DNA of 37,750 bases. Origin: Actinomycetes bacterium (GTDB taxonomy: Bacteria; Actinomycetota; Actinomycetes; S36-B12; GCA-2699445). Shown one piece after another: positions 19,013 through 27,596 of the stretch; within the stretch, counting starts at the first letter, position 1; each line of letters starts with the position of its first letter. A program made the translations under genes and the position numbers. Location of the stretch: positions 1 through 37,750 of the forward strand of contig JAHZKU010000193.1 in NCBI GenBank assembly GCA_022600255.1, read 5' to 3'. The notes under the pieces were generated by a model. That model ran no database searches. It was not told the origin of the DNA and was given only the letters and a program-made list of their open reading frames with translations.

Positions 19013-19414
19013 TCATGGGGAGGTCTGCCTGCTGATCTGGCGACCGTTTGCAGGCGATTGCCAAGCCCACCAAATCAGGGGGAGTTGCAGCGGCACTCGA
19101 GCCCAAGCCAGGGCCTTGCGAGCGCGGGAGATCTTCGCTGAACGCTGCCAGGCGGTTGCCATGTAGACATTCCCCACCCAAACTGCGGCCAACGTGCCAG
19201 CAGTCGCCGCCGGCGCCCACCGTTGACGAGTGAGCAACCCCGCAGCGCAGGCCAACTCGGCCCCGCCACTGGCGTAGACCCAAGTGCGACGCGAACCCAA
19301 CTGCGGCGGCACCAGTGGTTCGAACACATCAGGTTTGACCATGTGAACCACCCCACTGGTCAGAAAAGACCCAGCCACGATTTTGGTCCCGATGGGGAGC
19401 TTGTCTTGGCTCAT
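19013..19414 (-). CDS. DoxX-like small integral membrane protein
   Basis: The 133-aa protein has about four hydrophobic segments. A GGAG sequence lies upstream of the ATG at 19414. The family assignment is by general resemblance only. Confidence 0.5.
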   Translation of the reverse strand: MSQDKLPIGTKIVAGSFLTSGVVHMVKPDVFEPLVPPQLGSRRTWVYASGGAELACAAGLLTRQRWAPAATAGTLAAVWVGNVYMATAWQRSAKISRARKALAWARVPLQLPLIWWAWQSPANGRQISRQTSP

Positions 19415-19638
19415 GTGTTCTCCGGTACTGCTAGTGTCTTTGCGGCTCTTCTTCTCAACCTACCGTTGGTGGGTGCAAGTGACTTTGCGTGTGCATTGTC
19501 ACAACTGAGCGTATTCAGGCAATGCTACGGTGGGGAAGCGCCTGAGTTTCCCGTGTCAGCGATCGGAGACTCCAGTCCGTCCGCAGTCCTGCAGCCGGGC
19601 TCCTGCTTGCTAGTTCGACCGATCGAGTCGATCACAGC

Positions 19639-21195
19639 GTGGTGCGCGCCCATCTTCCACTACCGAAGCTCGACACAACGCTGTCGTGCCTACTGACAGG
19701 TGTTTCCTTGCAAACTGCGCTCACCCTGGCACGTGGCCATCGCCCAAGCTGGTTGTCCCCAAAAGTCTTTCGTGTCGAAGTCCTAGCGGGTCTGGTCGTC
19801 GCCCTAGCGCTGATTCCCGAGGCCATCGCATTCTCAATCATCGCCGGGGTGGATCCCAGCGTTGGGCTCTTCGCCTCCTTCACCATGGCCATCACCATCT
19901 CCATCGTGGGCGGCCGGCCAGCCATGATTTCCGCAGCCACCGGTGCCATCGCCTTGGTCATCGCACCGCTAAATCGCGAATACGGCTTGGGCTACCTGAT
20001 TGCTGCGGTGATCCTGGGCGGCGTGATTCAAATGGCCTTGGGAGCGGCCGGGGTGGCGCGCCTAATGCGCTTCGTCCCTCGATCAGTCATGGTCGGATTC
20101 GTGAATGCGCTCGCGATCGTGATCTTCATGGCGCAAGTGCCGGAGTTGATCGATGTGCCGTGGCAGGTATACCCGCTGGTTATCCTCGGCTTACTCCTGA
20201 TGATCTTCTTTCCCCGCATCACGAACGTACTGCCCGCCCCATTGGTTTCGATCGTCACATTGACGGTCATCACCGTCGCCGCAGGAATCGCCGTTCCGAC
20301 CGTGGGGGACAAGGGCGAACTGCCTTCGGCCCTGCCCGTACCTGGCTTGCCGAATGTGCCCCTGACGTTGGAGACGCTGCAGATCGTGGCACCTTACGCC
20401 CTAGCCTTGGCGTTGGTCGGGCTCATGGAGTCGCTCATGACCGCGAAACTTGTGGATGACATCACAGACACTCATTCCAACAAGACCCGGGAATCGATTG
20501 GCCAAGGCATCGCGAACGTGGTTACCGGGTTCTTCGGCGGGATGGGCGGATGCGCCATGATCGGGCAGACCATGATCAACGTGAAGAACGGCGCACGCAC
20601 GCGACTCTCCACGTTCTTAGCTGGCGTGTTTCTGATGGTGCTGTGTATTGCGTTGGGTGGGATCGTCGCCGATATCCCGATGGCGGCCCTGGTAGCGGTG
20701 ATGATGCTGGTGGCCTTCTCGACATTTGATTGGCACTCGGTGGCACCCAGAACCCTGAAGCGCATGCCCGTGGGAGAAATCTCGGTTATGGTCATCACCG
20801 TTATTACTGTGATCGCCACCGAGAATCTCGCGATTGGCGTGATCGCTGGCTCCCTCACCGCAATGGTGATCTTCGCGCGCCGCGTGGCCCACCTGGTCAA
20901 CGTGACCAGCGTGCTGGACCCTGACGGCAGCCACATCATCTACTCGGTCACCGGTGAGCTGTTCTTCGCCTCCAGCAACGATCTGGTCTATCAGTTCAAC
21001 TACAGCACTGACCCAGATTCCATCACGATCGATCTCTCGGCCGCTCACATCTGGGATGCTTCGTCGGTCGCCGCGCTAGACGCCATCGAAACGAAGTACC
21101 AGCAACTCGACAAAACCGTGGAGATCGTGGGGCTCAACCACCGCAGCGCCGAAATGCACGAACGACTAGCTGGCAGCCTTGGGCCCAACCACTGA
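19639..21195 (+). CDS. SulP family inorganic anion transporter with C-terminal STAS domain
   Basis: The SulP core is present (EVLAGLVVALALIPEAIAFSIIAGV, GGRPAMISAATGA, RFVPRSVMVGFVNALAI). The C-terminal STAS-like region reads YSVTGELFFASSNDL...IDLSAAHIWDASSV. The start is uncertain: a TTG at 19708 with AGGTG 5 nt upstream would give a more typical N-terminal length than the GTG at 19639. Confidence 0.85.
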   Translation: MVRAHLPLPKLDTTLSCLLTGVSLQTALTLARGHRPSWLSPKVFRVEVLAGLVVALALIPEAIAFSIIAGVDPSVGLFASFTMAITISIVGGRPAMISAATGAIALVIAPLNREYGLGYLIAAVILGGVIQMALGAAGVARLMRFVPRSVMVGFVNALAIVIFMAQVPELIDVPWQVYPLVILGLLLMIFFPRITNVLPAPLVSIVTLTVITVAAGIAVPTVGDKGELPSALPVPGLPNVPLTLETLQIVAPYALALALVGLMESLMTAKLVDDITDTHSNKTRESIGQGIANVVTGFFGGMGGCAMIGQTMINVKNGARTRLSTFLAGVFLMVLCIALGGIVADIPMAALVAVMMLVAFSTFDWHSVAPRTLKRMPVGEISVMVITVITVIATENLAIGVIAGSLTAMVIFARRVAHLVNVTSVLDPDGSHIIYSVTGELFFASSNDLVYQFNYSTDPDSITIDLSAAHIWDASSVAALDAIETKYQQLDKTVEIVGLNHRSAEMHERLAGSLGPNH

Positions 21196-21354
21196 TTCGG
21201 GTTTTTGTGCAACGGGGCAGTTGATTGCCCCTGGGCCAGTGCTGACATCATCTCGATGAGTTAGCCGTTGCGCCTCAGATCGGCGCCCAACAACTGCTGC
21301 AACGGGGCGGAATGCCCGGCTGATTTGCCTAGCGGTAATGTCGAGCGCGCAGAC

Positions 21355-21392
21355 GTAACATGCCTGAAACATTCGGGACACGGTTCCTTAAT
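21355..21392 (+). promoter_or_regulatory. Candidate GlnR box upstream of glnA1
   Basis: The sequence GTAAC-atgcct-GAAAC-attcgg-GACAC-ggttcc-TTAAT fits the published actinobacterial GlnR pattern gTnAc-n6-GaAAc-n6-GtnAC-n6-GAAAC. The fourth half-site is weak. The box lies 105-142 nt upstream of the glnA1 ATG. A TANNNT hexamer (TAGTTT, 21403-21408) lies downstream. Confidence 0.55.
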
Positions 21393-21496
21393 CGACCCTG
21401 CTTAGTTTTGGGACTGGGAGTCGAGGCAGACTAGACCTGACCCGACCAGCAAGAGCCGATCAACTCGGGAATCCCCGATCACCACTAGGAGGGTGA

Positions 21497-22921
21497 ATGT
21501 TCAAGAACGCAGAGGAAGTGCTTCGGTACATCAAAGACGAGGACGTTAAGTTTATTGACGTTCGGTTCTGCGATCTGCCCGGCGTGATGCAGCACTTCAA
21601 CGTGCCGGTCGAGAGTGTAGATGACGAGCTGTTCACCGATGGCCAGATGTTCGATGGCTCCTCGATTCGGGGATTTCAGGCCATCCACGAATCAGACATG
21701 AATCTGATTCCGGACGTGACGACCGCCTTCATCGACCCGTTCCGGGAGCAGAAGACGCTCGTGGTCAACTTCTCGATTCGAGATCCTTTCACCGGTGAAG
21801 AGTACTCGCGCGATCCACGGAACGTGGCGGCCAAAGCCGAGGCTTACCTGAAGTCCACCGGTATCGCGGACACGGCCTACTTCGGCGCAGAAGCTGAGTT
21901 CTACGTGTTCGACGATATTCGCTACGACACCACGGCAAACTCCGGTTACTACTACATCGACTCCATCGAGGGTGCTTGGAACACCGGTCGCGAAGAAGAA
22001 GGTGGCAACAAGGGATACAAGACCTCCTTCAAAGGTGGCTATTTCCCAGTACTGCCCCTAGACCACTTCGCAGATCTGCGCGACACGATGGTCACTAACC
22101 TGCACAAGGTTGATTTCCAGGTGGAGCGCTCACACCACGAGGTTGGCACCGCCGGTCAGGCCGAGATCAACTATCGCTTCAACTCCCTACTGCACGCCGC
22201 TGACGACGTCATGCGCTTCAAGTACGTCATCAAGAACACGGCTTGGGCGGCGGATAAGACCGCAACGTTCATGCCGAAGCCCCTATTCGGTGACAACGGT
22301 TCGGGCATGCATAGCCATATGTCGTTGTGGAAGGACGGGGAACCGTTGTTCTATGACGGTGACGGCTACGCCGGGTTGTCCGATACCGCACGTTGGTACA
22401 TTGGCGGACTTCTCAAGCACGCCCCGGCTGTGCTGGCGTTCACCAACCCAACGGTGAACTCTTATCATCGGCTCGTGCCCGGCTTCGAGGCCCCGGTCAA
22501 CCTGGTTTATTCGCAGCGCAACCGTTCGGCCTGCATCAGAATCCCGATCACCGGCAACAACGCCAAAGCCAAGCGGATCGAGTTCCGGGTGCCCGACCCC
22601 TCGAGTAACCCGTACCTAGCTTTTGCAGCGATGCTGATGGCTGGGCTAGACGGCATCAAGAACAAGATTGAGCCCGTCGCGCCTGTCGACAAGGACCTGT
22701 ATGAGTTGCCACCGGACGAGGCTGCTGACATTCCGCAGGTGCCCGCGTCGCTCGAGGGTGTCCTCGACGCGCTGGAGGCGGACCACGAGTTCCTGACCGA
22801 AGGAAACGTGTTCACCCCCGACCTGATCGAGACGTGGATTGACTACAAGCGCACCAACGAGGTTGATGCGATTCGCTTGCGGCCGCATCCCCACGAGTTC
22901 GAGATGTACTACAACGTCTAG
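21497..22921 (+). CDS. glnA: Glutamine synthetase type I (GSI-beta, adenylylation-regulated)
   Basis: An AGGAGGG RBS is present. The N-terminus is [29 protein letters not shown], with the motifs [11 protein letters not shown] and NRSACIRIP. The adenylylation loop [10 protein letters not shown] is present. Confidence 0.95.
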   Translation: MFKNAEEVLRYIKDEDVKFIDVRFCDLPGVMQHFNVPVESVDDELFTDGQMFDGSSIRGFQAIHESDMNLIPDVTTAFIDPFREQKTLVVNFSIRDPFTGEEYSRDPRNVAAKAEAYLKSTGIADTAYFGAEAEFYVFDDIRYDTTANSGYYYIDSIEGAWNTGREEEGGNKGYKTSFKGGYFPVLPLDHFADLRDTMVTNLHKVDFQVERSHHEVGTAGQAEINYRFNSLLHAADDVMRFKYVIKNTAWAADKTATFMPKPLFGDNGSGMHSHMSLWKDGEPLFYDGDGYAGLSDTARWYIGGLLKHAPAVLAFTNPTVNSYHRLVPGFEAPVNLVYSQRNRSACIRIPITGNNAKAKRIEFRVPDPSSNPYLAFAAMLMAGLDGIKNKIEPVAPVDKDLYELPPDEAADIPQVPASLEGVLDALEADHEFLTEGNVFTPDLIETWIDYKRTNEVDAIRLRPHPHEFEMYYNV

Positions 22922-22940
22922 GCACTAGACCAAACAGGAA

Positions 22941-22976
22941 GACCCCGATCCGAGTCTGGATCGGGGTCTTTCTGTG
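22941..22976. terminator. Bidirectional intrinsic terminator between convergent glnA1 and the GNAT gene
   Basis: There is a perfect 11-bp GC-rich stem, GACCCCGATCC (22941-22951) pairing with GGATCGGGGTC (22958-22968), with a 6-nt loop. It is followed by TTTCTGTG and preceded by an A-rich CAAACAGGAA. It starts 20 nt after the glnA1 stop. Confidence 0.8.
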
Positions 22977-23136
22977 TCCCCCCAAGTGGCTGGTGTGCGT
23001 GCTCGCCGACATGTTTAGCGCCACCGCTAGGCAAGTCCGAGCGTGGGTGCGCGAAGCCAGTTCCTTCTCAGTGCATGCGGGGCCACGACAAGGGACCCCA
23101 GTCCTAAACCGCAAAGCGGGGCAGGCAGGGTAATTG

Positions 23137-23424
23137 TCAATATTTCCGAACGTCAGCGAACTCCGAGTGCCGGTCCAGCCACCCCGCCACGAACCAGCAG
23201 GTAGGAACAATCTTGACCTGCTGGGCTTGGGCGGCCTCGACGGCGGCTAGGGTCAGCGCTGAACCAACCCCGCGTCCTTCGAACATAGGGGAAACGCTGG
23301 TGCTGTAGGCCACCCATTCTGACCGGGACTTGTGTGGGGTATAGACCAGTCGCCCGGCGTCTTGGCCGTCGAGGGTGGCTGAGAACATGTTCTGTTCGGT
23401 GTGGTGTTCTACCGTGACCGTCAT
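23137..23424 (-). CDS. Small GNAT-like N-acetyltransferase (single-domain, about 95 aa)
   Basis: The protein resembles the mini-GNAT family (Acetyltransf_CG-like) in the segments FEGRGVGSALTLAAVEAAQAQQVKIVPTCWFV. A GGAGGA RBS is present. Confidence 0.6.
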   Translation of the reverse strand: MTVTVEHHTEQNMFSATLDGQDAGRLVYTPHKSRSEWVAYSTSVSPMFEGRGVGSALTLAAVEAAQAQQVKIVPTCWFVAGWLDRHSEFADVRKY

Positions 23425-23559
23425 GAATCCTCCAGATTCCCAGTGATGCTAGTCAGGAGATCGTGTGAAGCCCCTTGCGCTTAGGACAACGGGCCCTCAT
23501 CACCGGGCATTCCCCGCAGGAGCGTCGATGGTGACGCGGTGGCACCCAGAAGGGCGGGA

Positions 23560-24006
23560 CTAGCTGACCTCGTTAGCGACTTGGTTGTTCCAAGTCTCGA
23601 TTTCAGCCTGCAAATCTGCCCCGGCTTTCTCGTACTTGGCTACGGCCGCCTCGGCCTTGGCGCGATTCTCGTTCTTGATCGCCTTACGCAACTCTTCGAG
23701 TGCTTCAATCAAGGCTTGCGCACTCACCGTGGCCTCGGCAGCCACCGGGGCCGCTGTCTCATCCAGCTCGGGTTGCACACGCTGCATCGTCTCAAGCTCT
23801 GCCTGCAGTTGCGGCAGGGCCTCCTTAACGTCCGTCTGCAACGCCGCCAGACTGGTCGAGTCCTCGGCGCCGAGGGTATTCGTGGTTTCGGTGAACCCGT
23901 TCAGCGCATCAATGTACTCCTGTGACGCCTCGTTCCCGCTGGAGCAGGCGGTCAATGTCAGTGCGGCAGCCATGCACAGCCCGGCTGCAGAAACCAAAAA
24001 TCGCAT
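23560..24006 (-). CDS. Lipoprotein of unknown function (helical, coiled-coil-like)
   Basis: I trimmed the start to the ATG at 24006. The sequence MRFLVSAAGLCMAAALTLTACSSG has the lipobox LTA-C. The mature part is Ala/Glu/Leu-rich and predicted helical. It starts 11 nt after the DUF4191 stop. Confidence 0.7.
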   Translation of the reverse strand: MRFLVSAAGLCMAAALTLTACSSGNEASQEYIDALNGFTETTNTLGAEDSTSLAALQTDVKEALPQLQAELETMQRVQPELDETAAPVAAEATVSAQALIEALEELRKAIKNENRAKAEAAVAKYEKAGADLQAEIETWNNQVANEVS

Positions 24007-24016
24007 AAGGGTGACT

Positions 24017-24760
24017 CTAGCGACCCCGCATCTGAGCCCGTGCGGCCTTGGCGCTCTTGGGCACTGGACCCTTTGGGACAGCGGCGGGCTGCTGAGACAG
24101 TGCATCTAGCCGTCGGCGTACGTCGTTGACTTCTGGGGGGGTCAACGACTTCGGTAGCTTCGACAGGGTCTTCTGGAGCTTGGCGACCGGGACTTGGCCG
24201 TCCGCGGTCCCTACCTGAATCTCCAAGATCGGGGTATCAGGAATGAAACGCTGCGTACGCTTCTTTTCACTGCTGAGCATGTGGCGGACTCGCGAGTCCG
24301 GACCCTCTGACACGAGGATGACGCCGGGCCGACCGATGACTCGGTGCACCATGTCTTGATTCTTGGTGATGGACACCGCTGGTGAGGTCGTCCAGTTGCC
24401 TTTCATCGATTCCACCACTGCGGCGGCACCACCCGGTTGATCCTCAACCTGTTTGTAGGCTGCGCTCATCGCGCGTCGGCTGAACAGGAATACGGCCGCC
24501 AACAGGCCCAGGGAGCCACCGATCATGCCGAAGGTAAACGGATTGCTGAAGATGAAGCCGATCGCTAGACCGATGCCGAGCAAGACAACAAACGCCCCGA
24601 GCATCATCCACCCGAGCCGAGGGTAGACCTCCTTGGTCATCCGGTAGTTGTCTCGCACCTGCGGTACCCACGCAAAGCGCTTCTTCTTCACCTTGCCTTC
24701 ACTGGAGCGCCCAGCGGCACCCTTGGCAGGAGTTGAGTTCTTGGTTTTGTCACGCGCCAT
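24017..24760 (-). CDS. DUF4191 domain-containing membrane protein
   Basis: It has a basic N-terminus, two adjacent TM helices (LGWMMLGAFVVLLGIGLAIGFIF, FGMIGGSLGLLAAVFLF) and a C-terminal cytoplasmic domain. It sits immediately downstream of lipA, as the DUF4191 protein does in other actinobacteria (the Rv2219-like position, from memory). Confidence 0.7.
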   Translation of the reverse strand: MARDKTKNSTPAKGAAGRSSEGKVKKKRFAWVPQVRDNYRMTKEVYPRLGWMMLGAFVVLLGIGLAIGFIFSNPFTFGMIGGSLGLLAAVFLFSRRAMSAAYKQVEDQPGGAAAVVESMKGNWTTSPAVSITKNQDMVHRVIGRPGVILVSEGPDSRVRHMLSSEKKRTQRFIPDTPILEIQVGTADGQVPVAKLQKTLSKLPKSLTPPEVNDVRRRLDALSQQPAAVPKGPVPKSAKAARAQMRGR

Positions 24761-24800
24761 GCTTCTTAGGATAAGACACGAATGCGGTGGTCGGGTGCCA

Positions 24801-25745
24801 CTACACCGACCGATACCGGGCCAAAGCCGCCCGATACAACCGGCCGGCGCGATACGAGCTCCTGACGAGGGGTCCGCTCATGACGCCTGCAAAGCCCAAC
24901 TCGGTGGCCCGCTGCTCCCACTGGGTGAATTCCTCAGGCTTGACCCATCTGGCCACTGGATGGTGACCGGGGGAGGGCCGCAGGTACTGGGTGATCGTGA
25001 TCAGATCACAGTCGTGTGCGCGTAGGTCTTCCAGGGCCTGATCGATCTCCGCGTCTTCTTCGCCCATCCCCAGGATCAAATTGGATTTCGTGATCAGACC
25101 GTAGTCATGGGCCGCTTGGATCACCGACAAGGAGCGATCGTAGGCGAAGGCGGGCCGAATACGCCGGAAGAGCCGCGGGACTGTTTCTAGGTTGTGGGCC
25201 AGCACCTCTGGCTGCGCGCTGAATACTTCCTCCAGCAGGACCGGGTTGCCGGAGAAGTCGGGTATCAGCAACTCCACACCGACCGCGCGCGCGGCATGGA
25301 TTCGGCGGACCGTTTCGGCGTACAACCAGGCCCCTTGGTCGGGCAGATCGTCCCGAGCAACACCAGTGACTGTGGCGTAGGCCAGTTCCATGGCTGCGAC
25401 GGACTCGGCCACGCGGGTTGGTTCAGCGGAATCGAGCGGTTCTGGTTTACCGCTGTGTATCTGGCAGAAGTCGCATCTGCGGGAGCATTGGGCGCCGCCG
25501 ATGAGGAAGGTTGCTTCGCGATCCTCCCAGCATTCGTAGATATTGGGGCAACCGGCCTCTTGGCAGACCGTGTTTAGGGCGGCCCCCGATACCCGCTTGC
25601 GCATGTCCAGATACTCCGGCCCGGTGCGGAGTTTGGTCTTGATCCACGCTGGCTTTCGCTCGATCGGTGTCTCGGCGTTCTTGCGCTCGATGCGCAGCAG
25701 CGGCTTTTCGGGCCTGTTCTTGGCCGGTGCGGATTGGTCTGACAC
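24801..25745 (-). CDS. lipA: Lipoyl synthase (radical SAM)
   Basis: The auxiliary cluster motif [12 protein letters not shown] and the radical-SAM motif CSRRCDFC are both present. Length is 314 aa. Confidence 0.95.
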   Translation of the reverse strand: MSDQSAPAKNRPEKPLLRIERKNAETPIERKPAWIKTKLRTGPEYLDMRKRVSGAALNTVCQEAGCPNIYECWEDREATFLIGGAQCSRRCDFCQIHSGKPEPLDSAEPTRVAESVAAMELAYATVTGVARDDLPDQGAWLYAETVRRIHAARAVGVELLIPDFSGNPVLLEEVFSAQPEVLAHNLETVPRLFRRIRPAFAYDRSLSVIQAAHDYGLITKSNLILGMGEEDAEIDQALEDLRAHDCDLITITQYLRPSPGHHPVARWVKPEEFTQWEQRATELGFAGVMSGPLVRSSYRAGRLYRAALARYRSV

Positions 25746-25811
25746 CCTCTTAGCCTACGGCCACACCCCGAATACGCGATCGGCGCGCGGCTAAATATTG
25801 CTGCTGGCGAA

Positions 25812-26684
25812 TCAGCCGGCCGGAGTTGTCCGGGCTGACCGCCTCGCAATTACGGCGACCCCCATCGCAATCACAGCCAACAACAAAGCGACAAGCAGCA
25901 GCGGCCAGATGTTGCCACCGGTGAACGCCTCTGAGATCGCCGAAGACAGCGCTGGTGTCGGGCTTTGCCCGCCCGACTGGCCGCCGAGCAGCAAGGCGAC
26001 CGCTGCCAGGGCTACCCCGATCGCGGCGCCGGCTAGCGCACCAGCCAATGACCCCAACCGAGGGGGAACAAAAACCACGAGCGCCACAACGACCAAAATG
26101 GCCACCGCTAGCACATACCAGCGCGCTTCGGCGGCCGAGCCCAGCCGAGACAGGCTCGCTTCTAAGTCCTCGCCGGAGTTGATGCTGAGTGTCCGATCAC
26201 CAAACAGACCCGCAGCCACGCCGCTGAACTCGCTGAGCGGGCTGTTCGCCACCAGCGGTGCCACCAAGGGTCCGATGCGGACATCGACAATCTCGCCCTG
26301 CACGGTGACATCATCGTTGGGGATTCCCAGGGCCGAATCGGCCAAGCCTTGTCCCAAGAGTGCCGCCCAACTGCTCCAAGCGCTCTGGAATGCCGGAGTG
26401 TCCACCGCAGAACTCGCAGCGTCCGCGAGAGTGTTGGGGTCAATCGATCCGATTAACGAGCCGGAGATACCACCCTGGCTAGTGAGATCCGTTAAGGCCG
26501 CCTCAGTAGCGGATCGAATCTGTGCTTGGACTTCAGCCTGAACGGTCGGATTGGTAATGGCGTTCTGCATGTCGGCCACGAAAGCATCTTGGTCGGTAAG
26601 GCTCGACTGGGCTGCAAAACCGAACGCGGCAAATCCGGACAGCAGCAAGACCACGCCCCAGAGCACAACACGAAGGATCTTCAT
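25812..26684 (-). CDS. Hypothetical integral membrane protein (1 N-terminal and about 3 C-terminal TM helices)
   Basis: The start ATG overlaps the lipB stop (ATGA at 26681-26684). The N-terminal TM is MKILRVVLWGVVLLLSGFAAFGF. A roughly 170-aa Ala/Ser/Gln-rich extracytoplasmic region follows, then three hydrophobic helices. I recognise no motif. Confidence 0.7.
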   Translation of the reverse strand: MKILRVVLWGVVLLLSGFAAFGFAAQSSLTDQDAFVADMQNAITNPTVQAEVQAQIRSATEAALTDLTSQGGISGSLIGSIDPNTLADAASSAVDTPAFQSAWSSWAALLGQGLADSALGIPNDDVTVQGEIVDVRIGPLVAPLVANSPLSEFSGVAAGLFGDRTLSINSGEDLEASLSRLGSAAEARWYVLAVAILVVVALVVFVPPRLGSLAGALAGAAIGVALAAVALLLGGQSGGQSPTPALSSAISEAFTGGNIWPLLLVALLLAVIAMGVAVIARRSARTTPAG

Positions 26685-27475
26685 CTGCGGCTCCCGGATT
26701 GTTTCGGTTGAACCAGCGCTTCTTGCACGGCGTCCGCCACGGCGGCGACGTTCACTTCGATGCCGGCCTCCTGGCTGATAGAGGTGACACCGGCATCAGC
26801 AATCCCGCACGGCACAATCTGATCGGCCCAACCTAGGTCACAGTTGGCGTTGATCGCGAAGCCATGCATCGTGACCCCTTGGGCCACTCGGACGCCAATC
26901 GCGGCGACCTTGCAGGGTTGGCTGTGGCGCTGGTCAGCTGGGATCCAAACGCCGGAACGCTGTTCGATCCGGCAGCCACTCACGCCGAAGTGGGTCAGGA
27001 CGATCATGATCAGGTCTTCTAGTGCCCGTACGTAAGCGACAACATCCAGCCGATGCGGGAGGCGCACAATTGGATAGCCGACCAGTTGGCCCGGGCCATG
27101 CCACGTGATGCGCCCGCCCCGGTCCACCTCGATCACCTTGCTGTCGTCAGTCGGCAGGTCTGTAACCTGGGTGCGCGATCCCGCGGTATAGACCTCGCGA
27201 TGCTCCAGCAACAAGAGCGTGTTCGGGCGTTCTCCGGCGGCCACAGCGTCGTGTAGTTGGCGCTGCAACTGCCAGGCCGCCGCGTAGTCCACCCCGCCAG
27301 CGCCCAAGGGAAGCCGATGGATGCATAACGGCTCACCGGTCAGTGGGCTGGCGGCAGAGGGAAGCTGCGGGACGTCCTGCAAAGAAAGGGACTGAGTTGT
27401 CGAGGGGGGCGAGAGGTCATCCGTCATCGGTGGCGCCTTTGCCTGCGTCATGACTTGGTCGACAACATCGCGCAT
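26681..27475 (-). CDS. lipB: Lipoyl(octanoyl) transferase
   Basis: The motifs DRGGRITWHGPGQLVGYP, KVAAIGVRV and IVPCGI are present. A roughly 45-aa low-complexity N-terminal extension makes the start uncertain: ATGs at 27475, 27451 or 27427 are all possible. Confidence 0.9.
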   Translation of the reverse strand: MRDVVDQVMTQAKAPPMTDDLSPPSTTQSLSLQDVPQLPSAASPLTGEPLCIHRLPLGAGGVDYAAAWQLQRQLHDAVAAGERPNTLLLLEHREVYTAGSRTQVTDLPTDDSKVIEVDRGGRITWHGPGQLVGYPIVRLPHRLDVVAYVRALEDLIMIVLTHFGVSGCRIEQRSGVWIPADQRHSQPCKVAAIGVRVAQGVTMHGFAINANCDLGWADQIVPCGIADAGVTSISQEAGIEVNVAAVADAVQEALVQPKQSGSRR

Positions 27476-27529
27476 GGGCTCAGCCTACGCCCGACGCGGT
27501 GGAATTCGCGCGCAGTCGCCGCGCAGCCA

Positions 27530-27552
27530 TACCCGGTGCTGGTACCCGGTGC
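27530..27552. repeat. Tandem 10-bp direct repeat in the lipB/SulP divergent intergenic region
   Basis: TACCCGGTGC (27530-27539), then tgg, then TACCCGGTGC (27543-27552), both perfect, with a 13-bp period. It is preceded by a second direct repeat, CGCGCAG (27509-27515 and 27520-27526), with an 11-bp period. Confidence 0.6.
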
Positions 27553-27596
27553 AGATTTCTGCTGCCTGAACTCGCCATCTTGAGTACAGTCTTGTT

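Noticed and set aside
21214-21231. A hairpin, GGGGCA-n6-TGCCCC, after the SulP-1 stop.
   Set aside because: The stem is only 6 bp and there is no U-tract on either strand, so I do not call it a terminator.
25798-26541. A 247-aa plus-strand ORF, considered as an alternative to the minus-strand membrane protein.
   Set aside because: The minus-strand frame gives clean TM helices and an ATGA coupling to lipB. The plus-strand product is a Ser/Thr/Ala/Pro-rich low-complexity sequence with no start context.
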